IMG/VR virus record: IMGVR_UViG_3300037171_000022
Location: 1 to 31,268 of that record
Direction: 5' to 3' (one strand)
Length of the DNA stretch: 31,268 nucleotides
DNA from: a virus
Lineage: Duplodnaviria > Caudoviricetes
The notes under the pieces were generated by a model. It made no database searches and had not been told where the DNA came from. It worked only from the letters and a program-made list of their open reading frames with translations. This document shows, in pieces, positions 25,691-31,268 of the stretch (positions are counted from its first letter, which is position 1; the number at the start of each line of letters is the position of its first letter). A program made the position numbers and the translations under genes.

Positions 25691-26269
25691 TTAAGCTACT
25701 GGATCGTAGAATGAGCCTACTTCTGGATTCATAGGAACTTCCTGAAGATCGAAAGTACCTGCGACCCTCGCCGTCGGTGGTCTACGATTGTTTCCAAGTT
25801 GACGCTGTGAGAGTTCTAATCCTGCACGGCGCTTACCGTAAAGGATACGCTTGTGAACACGCAAAGCAACAACATCCACATAGCAGTAGTGCTTGTCTGA
25901 ATCGAACACCAGAGGAAGTTTGAAACTAGGATGTACGTGTTCTGCTATCAGAAACTCGTACCCTTCCGCCATGAGCTGTCCGATCCTTCTCTGATCCTTC
26001 GAGGCCCATACAACCTCATACTCAGGATCTTTCAACTTGATATTCATATAATCAGGCACTTCGTGCTCAACTGTAGGGATATAAGTTGAAGTCTTGTACG
26101 CATCCTGCTCAGTCATGGTAGCCCAATTTGGCTCTTTTGGCTGCGCTGCTTCAATGCGCTCTTGCTTTCCTTTGGCGAGAACACGCTTGATAGCCTCTTC
26201 AAGCGCCGCCGCAGAAACACTAGAACCACTCAATGCTGCTGATATGTCTTTGTGACTAATCTCAGGCAT
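25691..26269 (-). CDS. Head-module protein of unknown function (192 aa)
   Basis: DPEYEVVW...GYEFL motif; sits between scaffold and capsid genes and overlaps the scaffold stop. Confidence 0.6.
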   Translation of the reverse strand: MPEISHKDISAALSGSSVSAAALEEAIKRVLAKGKQERIEAAQPKEPNWATMTEQDAYKTSTYIPTVEHEVPDYMNIKLKDPEYEVVWASKDQRRIGQLMAEGYEFLIAEHVHPSFKLPLVFDSDKHYCYVDVVALRVHKRILYGKRRAGLELSQRQLGNNRRPPTARVAGTFDLQEVPMNPEVGSFYDPVA

Positions 26270-26996
26270 AACCGATTCCTTCCTTATCTAAGATTTCAGC
26301 GTAAGCCTTCGGTGTAAACCCAAGATGCTTAGCAGCTCGTTTGACATTTTCATCTGCTTCCAGTGTAGCGAGACGATTTTTGTTATCGTCTGCTACAGCA
26401 GAACTACCAGCAGAACCTGAACTTGTTCCACGACCGCCTTCTGAGCTGGCAAAACGATTTTTGAGTTTACCTTCCACAAGTTCTGGTGTGTGCTTGCCCA
26501 AGATCGTATGGTAACAGTTCTCAACATTCTGCGCGTTGTTTCTAAACGCCGCTGGCTGATTTTCAAGAAGTGCATCAACTTCTTTCTTGATATCGCCAGA
26601 GTAATAAGGATACTTTTCAGCATCCTCGAAAACTTCACGCTTAATCCGATCCGCACGAAGCAACAACACTTCGTTTGTAACCGGCTGACTAGCAAGAGCA
26701 ACAGCTTCTCTAGTCTTACCTTCGAGCATGAGAGACTCAATACGTTCCTCAAGCTCAGTCTGAGATTCAGTTGAGGTCTTCACCGCTGCTGCACGAGTAG
26801 CTGCTACGTCCTTAGCTGTCTGCGTTTCCACAAACTTGTTAATTCCCGCAAGCGACTCTAAAATCTGCGTCACCTTCGGAGTGAGATCAGCCGCCGCGTT
26901 AGCACCAGCTTCGATCTTAGTAGTCAACTCATCAGGAAGAGCGAACTCCTCAGCTCCATCTTCCTTGACCTTCTTTTGCCACGAGAACAGTGCCAT
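26262..26996 (-). CDS. Capsid scaffolding protein
   Basis: Helical, acidic; G/S linker then C-terminal AAKHLGFTPKAYAE helix; between portal and MCP. Confidence 0.65.
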   Translation of the reverse strand: MALFSWQKKVKEDGAEEFALPDELTTKIEAGANAAADLTPKVTQILESLAGINKFVETQTAKDVAATRAAAVKTSTESQTELEERIESLMLEGKTREAVALASQPVTNEVLLLRADRIKREVFEDAEKYPYYSGDIKKEVDALLENQPAAFRNNAQNVENCYHTILGKHTPELVEGKLKNRFASSEGGRGTSSGSAGSSAVADDNKNRLATLEADENVKRAAKHLGFTPKAYAEILDKEGIGYA

Positions 26997-27313
26997 TAAA
27001 CTTCGCCTCCTTCTTGCGAGCGTCTCATCTTCAATGTCTGATCTTCTTGATGTTTTAGCTGCTCTTCGAGAGTTCTTAATCTCTGCGGCAACTCAAGAAG
27101 TATCTCAGTTACTCTTAACTGCGTACTAATTCTGGTTGATATCGCTTTCACAGTATCTGCACTTTCTTTAGTCGTATCATACCTCGCCCAAGAAAGCGCC
27201 TCCTCTTTGAGACTATTCAACAACTCCATCACCGGCTGGAACTCCTCCTTGAGCCATAGCTCCTGAAGGGCCACTCGGTATGGAATTAGATCCTCGATTT
27301 TGTTGATTTCCAT
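26996..27313 (-). CDS. Small helical protein following the portal (105 aa)
   Basis: Probable start MEINKIEDL at 27313 with GGAGCAGGA SD; overlaps the portal 3' end by 101 nt. Confidence 0.65.
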   Translation of the reverse strand: MEINKIEDLIPYRVALQELWLKEEFQPVMELLNSLKEEALSWARYDTTKESADTVKAISTRISTQLRVTEILLELPQRLRTLEEQLKHQEDQTLKMRRSQEGGEV

Positions 27314-29165
27314 TTCCTGCTCCTGCTTGCGACTGCATCTGCTGCATTGCGGCTTCGATAATCTTTGACACATCAGGTAGCAACGCATCTGGATTATCAC
27401 GGTTAAAGTTACGCGCCAAGGTCATAGCTGATACTCTTGTCGCAAGAAGCATTTCTAAGTAATACTGTTTCAAATCTGGTGAAATGCCGGGAGAATTTAT
27501 TGCTTGAATAATCTGTGCTTGACTCTGATAGTAACGATCAAACCTATCTGAGATAAGAATGTCGTTCTGTTTTTCAAGTTCTTTGTTAGCAGACGCCGAA
27601 GCTGGACGAAGACGTAGACCTAGTGTACCATCGCGATAGAGATCAAGCGCCTTCTTTAACTTCTCAGCATCACTGCCATATTTCTTGAGCTTTTCTCCAA
27701 TACCAAAGTTTGAGTACATTGTAAGAAACTTACAACCTAACTTCACATGTGCTGAGCGCATGTCTCCAGTACGCAGGTTGTTTCTGTTATTCTGCTGCGC
27801 CATGACCATAGAAGTGCCGCTGGCACTGTAGATCCCACGCTTTGGATTTACAAGTCCACCACCTGTGCCACCAGAGGCCGGATCAACGCCAGTACGCTCC
27901 TTAGCTATAGCCATGTGAAACTGGTCTGGACCATCGCTGTAGCCCATGTCAGCGCCAGCTTTAATATGTTCAATTTCATCTTTACGACCCGGTAACACAA
28001 TGCCAGGAAACACATCTAGCATAGAAGCAAGCTTAGATTCAGGATCAGCGCGCCATACACCCAGCATCGCCATGTTACGATTATTTGTACGCCAGTTATT
28101 ATTATTCGACAATTCCTTCTGAATCATGTGAATCATCTCAGCAAAACCTGTACCAAGATAAGACTCATCATCGTAGGCTAATTTCATGTCCTGATATGGA
28201 AGCATGTTCTTAGGATAGTTATTAAAAGCTACCCACAGAATTTTCTCAGAATTCTTGTGATACTTAGCCTGGAAGGAATACTCTTTGCCGCTGAGATAGT
28301 ATGTGAAGAACACTGTATAAATGTACCACCGTGCTGCACCAGTATCCACACCAGAGGAATCAATCGAAAACTGCTCATTGATCTCCCGTTCCATCTCTGT
28401 TTCTTGAACAGCGTCAGGATTACTGAGCAACTCCTCGATGTCCGACTGTTTGTAGTAAGGACTCTTCACTTTAAGATCTTGCACCGCCCACATATCAAGC
28501 GAATCAATATGTCCAAAGAGCTTCATATTCTCAAGCTTAGGCACTGAAGGATCAAAGATAAATCTGTTAAGCGGCAACAACTCAGGATGAGGACCATCAC
28601 GCTTAGTAATGATGCGATCTTCTGAAACTACAGGTCCATCCTCTGCCGAGGTTCCACCAGATTTATACTCACGTACTACCTGCGTCTCGTACTCATAAGG
28701 CGTGTAGATAATTCCTGTACCATACTTAATCGCACTGTGAAATGCGCTCTGTTCTACTCTGTACAAATCAAGCTCATCTGGTGCATAAGCCATGTCCATT
28801 AAGAAATTTTGAACAACCTGTTTCAGCTCTTCCCCATCTTTCTTCGGCAATCCTCCACTCATTGTTGCTGCCCAGAGTGGATCATACATATAAATTCCAC
28901 CCATAATGCGAGCAAGAAGTTCGTCTGAGGCAGTACCAATGATAGGAATCACCAAGTTCGCTGCGCCAGGCCAGGGCCAATCTGCCTCTTTATTTTTTGG
29001 GCGAGCCTTATATAACCGCACATATTCTGGCAACTTCTCAGTTCTAAAAGTCTGCAAACGTCGATCAAAATGTGCAACCTTGTCCTTGACAAAATTACAG
29101 ATCTCATCGAAGTTGTCTTCTCCAATGAGCTTCGGCGTTACTTCAGTAGGCGGCTGGTATGGCAT
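27213..29165 (-). CDS. Portal protein (podovirus type)
   Basis: 650 aa; PWPGAANL, AIKYGTGI, FIFDP, YLGTG, ERTGV; Q/G-rich tail; downstream of the terminase. Confidence 0.85.
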   Translation of the reverse strand: MPYQPPTEVTPKLIGEDNFDEICNFVKDKVAHFDRRLQTFRTEKLPEYVRLYKARPKNKEADWPWPGAANLVIPIIGTASDELLARIMGGIYMYDPLWAATMSGGLPKKDGEELKQVVQNFLMDMAYAPDELDLYRVEQSAFHSAIKYGTGIIYTPYEYETQVVREYKSGGTSAEDGPVVSEDRIITKRDGPHPELLPLNRFIFDPSVPKLENMKLFGHIDSLDMWAVQDLKVKSPYYKQSDIEELLSNPDAVQETEMEREINEQFSIDSSGVDTGAARWYIYTVFFTYYLSGKEYSFQAKYHKNSEKILWVAFNNYPKNMLPYQDMKLAYDDESYLGTGFAEMIHMIQKELSNNNNWRTNNRNMAMLGVWRADPESKLASMLDVFPGIVLPGRKDEIEHIKAGADMGYSDGPDQFHMAIAKERTGVDPASGGTGGGLVNPKRGIYSASGTSMVMAQQNNRNNLRTGDMRSAHVKLGCKFLTMYSNFGIGEKLKKYGSDAEKLKKALDLYRDGTLGLRLRPASASANKELEKQNDILISDRFDRYYQSQAQIIQAINSPGISPDLKQYYLEMLLATRVSAMTLARNFNRDNPDALLPDVSKIIEAAMQQMQSQAGAGNGNQQNRGSNSIPSGPSGAMAQGGVPAGDGVVE

Positions 29166-29428
29166 TAGAGAATTCCTGTGTTCGGTTGAGGATTAACTGG
29201 CTTAGACACTGTATCAATCTGACCAGTAGAATTCTGTGTTGTAAGCACTGGCATAGGCATTGTGGAACTGAAACTCTTGAAATCCGCTGTCAGCAAACTT
29301 AGAAACTTATATAAGAATGGATACCATACACCACCATTTGGTACAGGTAAAGCCTGTACCAAAGCCGAGGCGACAGAGTTTACAACATAGAACAAAAGAA
29401 CTAACTGCAAAGTCACTGGAATGTTCAT
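29165..29428 (-). CDS. Small membrane protein, holin-like
   Basis: Hydrophobic N-terminal helix plus a second amphipathic segment (WYPFLYKFLSLL); GAGG SD. Confidence 0.45.
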   Translation of the reverse strand: MNIPVTLQLVLLFYVVNSVASALVQALPVPNGGVWYPFLYKFLSLLTADFKSFSSTMPMPVLTTQNSTGQIDTVSKPVNPQPNTGIL

Positions 29429-29436
29429 TTTGCCTC

Positions 29437-29670
29437 CTACGTTCTTGATCTGTCATAAGTTGCTTTTGCAGCAGCATAGCCTTCTTGGAAGGCTTTTAAC
29501 GCTGTGATTGCAACAGAGTGTGAAGTAATGTCTCTGGCATGTTCTTCAAGTTGCTTGTCATGTTCTGTCAAGTGAACAGTATGATTATTCTGATTAGAAT
29601 ACAAAATACCAGCAAAAAAGATACAAGTGATAATACTTACGATTGTTGGTCCCCACGCTGCCCAGTCCAT
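29437..29670 (-). CDS. Single-TM plus coiled-coil membrane protein (holin/antiholin-like)
   Basis: WGPTIVSIITCIFFAGILY TM segment then His-containing heptads; GGGGAG SD. Confidence 0.5.
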   Translation of the reverse strand: MDWAAWGPTIVSIITCIFFAGILYSNQNNHTVHLTEHDKQLEEHARDITSHSVAITALKAFQEGYAAAKATYDRSRT

Positions 29671-29684
29671 GTTTATTCTCCCCC

Positions 29685-31268
29685 TTACGCCACTGCTGCT
29701 GTCATACGTTTTACGAACTGTGCCCGTTGTTTAATCATGAATTCATCAACATGTTCCTGAGAAACTTTATCGAACTTCCAGATCTGTGGACCGTAGGATA
29801 GAACATCAAGTAAATCAATTAGACCCTTACGTTGACCATATTGTTCTGCTTCTTCTTTGAACTCTGCACAATTATTCGTATCCAACCAAAGTTCATGACG
29901 CTCTACGATTGGAATGAAATTCTCAATTCGCTCAGCCTTAGCACCAGCGTTCTGAGGAGTTTTGAGTGGAAGAAATTGAATCCCAATAAGTTCTGGATGT
30001 GAGTGCTTGTGCTCTTCGACAAAGTAATTCAGATGGTAAAGTAAATACTTCTGCGCTGCCACAGCTTCAACATAGACAACGCGAAGCTTCCACTTTACAG
30101 CAAGAAAGAAAATCTGTTTGACAAAATCATCTATAGGACAAGCCTTTGCCCACTGATCGAGCAGATATACTCTACGTGGGTCACGCTCTACACCAGTCAC
30201 TGCGATAGCATGGCGGCACCGACCATCTTTGCCGGCCTCAGCTCCTAGATGTGAGCCACCGTGATTCGGATCTACTGTCATATACCGATCAAGATTCCGT
30301 GGGAAAACATCTTTTTCTACATCTCCAGCTGCTACATGATGCCGAATGACAATACGATACTGCTGAGGATGCGAGGTCTCAAAATACCTGCTGAGTGTCG
30401 GAGACTCTTTCGGAATCGCCAGCGCGCCAGTAACTTTCTCAAAATTAAAGTACCGAAAATCCGCCATGTTAAACTTAGCTTTAGACGGATCAATAGGATA
30501 GTTAAGAAACTGACAAGAAAAATGGTACGAACCTAGACGCTTCTTCCACCTGAGTAGCTTCTCTTTCGTGAATGCCTCTGGAAATATAGGGTTCCCAAAG
30601 GGATGGAGACTACAACACCCACCCAAAGCAGAGTGAGTAGTCCAGCTAAAATAAGGTTCTTCTTGTCGAATGTGTGAGTTAAGATCATCGTGGGACCACC
30701 TGTTTCCAACAACTATCTCGTCGAAATCTCTTCCTGGGTTATCTGGGTCTGAGTCAGTCGCACCCACAAGAATCTGGTGATAATCAATTGTATCAGCCAT
30801 GACGACTGTAGATTTACGCGCCTCGCGGCCAACCAAATCATCCTGTACAACGACGTTGTAATGCCGTGATTGAAGCGCGGCTCCCACACCGATAAGATCA
30901 AATGTACCTTCTCCTTGACCGCGACCAGTGGAAGTTCTTCTTTGATGTAAGGATTCATTTGTCCACGTCTCCTTTGATGTAGGCATTATTTCAGGAAAAA
31001 GATGATTGAAGAATGAATTATTTTCGTAGTGATTCGAGATTCTGCTGCCCAACTTGATCGCATTGGTAATGGTCTCACTGACCAGCAGGATACGTATGTC
31101 TTGGCTGTGGGTTCTGTGCATCCACTCGATATAGAGATCAGAATAGCCAACATTCGTAAAGAAATCTTCTTCCCGTTTGCCAAAAGGTAAAGCACGCCAA
31201 ATAGGAAAACACTCACTATAGACTGTGCTTTTGAAATGGTCACGTGGAATTTCGATGCCTTCTTTGAG
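29685..31268 (-). CDS. terL: Terminase large subunit (5'-truncated by the window edge)
   Basis: Frame is open to 31268, adding LKEGIEIPRDHFKST (Walker A). Walker B VVVQDD, VGNRW, nuclease MTVDP, VEAVAAQ and DLLD. Confidence 0.92.
   Translation of the reverse strand, partial: LKEGIEIPRDHFKSTVYSECFPIWRALPFGKREEDFFTNVGYSDLYIEWMHRTHSQDIRILLVSETITNAIKLGSRISNHYENNSFFNHLFPEIMPTSKETWTNESLHQRRTSTGRGQGEGTFDLIGVGAALQSRHYNVVVQDDLVGREARKSTVVMADTIDYHQILVGATDSDPDNPGRDFDEIVVGNRWSHDDLNSHIRQEEPYFSWTTHSALGGCCSLHPFGNPIFPEAFTKEKLLRWKKRLGSYHFSCQFLNYPIDPSKAKFNMADFRYFNFEKVTGALAIPKESPTLSRYFETSHPQQYRIVIRHHVAAGDVEKDVFPRNLDRYMTVDPNHGGSHLGAEAGKDGRCRHAIAVTGVERDPRRVYLLDQWAKACPIDDFVKQIFFLAVKWKLRVVYVEAVAAQKYLLYHLNYFVEEHKHSHPELIGIQFLPLKTPQNAGAKAERIENFIPIVERHELWLDTNNCAEFKEEAEQYGQRKGLIDLLDVLSYGPQIWKFDKVSQEHVDEFMIKQRAQFVKRMTAAVA

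Larger units (their letters stand above)
1..31268. mobile_element. Tailed dsDNA bacteriophage genome segment (podovirus-like)
   Basis: Terminase, portal, scaffold, capsid, nozzle/adaptor and ejection-type genes on the - strand; PolA, exonuclease and ATPase on the + strand. Dense, overlapping genes; no tape measure, sheath or host housekeeping genes. Confidence 0.95.

Noticed and set aside
11114-30536. Numerous plus-strand ORFs of 60-200 aa (e.g. 16419..17009, 23968..24444, 14307..14684)
   Set aside because: Antisense to well-supported structural genes, with no coherent protein features.
29685-31121. ORF-track start of the terminase at 31121
   Set aside because: The frame stays open to the window edge and includes the Walker A motif, so the true start lies outside the window.
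1-31268. CRISPR array, tRNA, rRNA, DGR or integrase
   Set aside because: No spaced direct repeats, cloverleaf, reverse transcriptase, TR/VR pair or recombinase motifs were seen by eye.

Overview
The whole window is part of a tailed dsDNA phage genome, most likely podovirus-like; no host genes, integrase or att site are visible. Two gene blocks converge on a bidirectional terminator near 6650. The + strand block (1-6624) covers replication: a DUF669-like protein, a family A DNA polymerase split into a UDG-like/3'-5' exonuclease gene and a separate polymerase gene with an HNH and two small ORFs between them, a DUF3987-like P-loop ATPase, and a GroES-like co-chaperonin with a DnaJ-type zinc finger inserted in its mobile loop. 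The - strand block (31268 to 6763) is morphogenetic: large terminase, two small membrane proteins, portal, scaffold, major capsid, a second HNH with its own promoter, nozzle and adaptor, four ejection-type proteins, a divergent PurD-like ATP-grasp ligase, and a tailspike-like protein with an apparent Sec signal peptide and 18 cysteines in sequential pairs. The strongest novelty candidates are the GroES-zinc-finger chimera, the exported disulfide-rich tailspike-like protein with its adjacent ATP-grasp ligase, and the cleanly split, motif-divergent PolA. All family assignments come from motif recognition by eye, not database searches.
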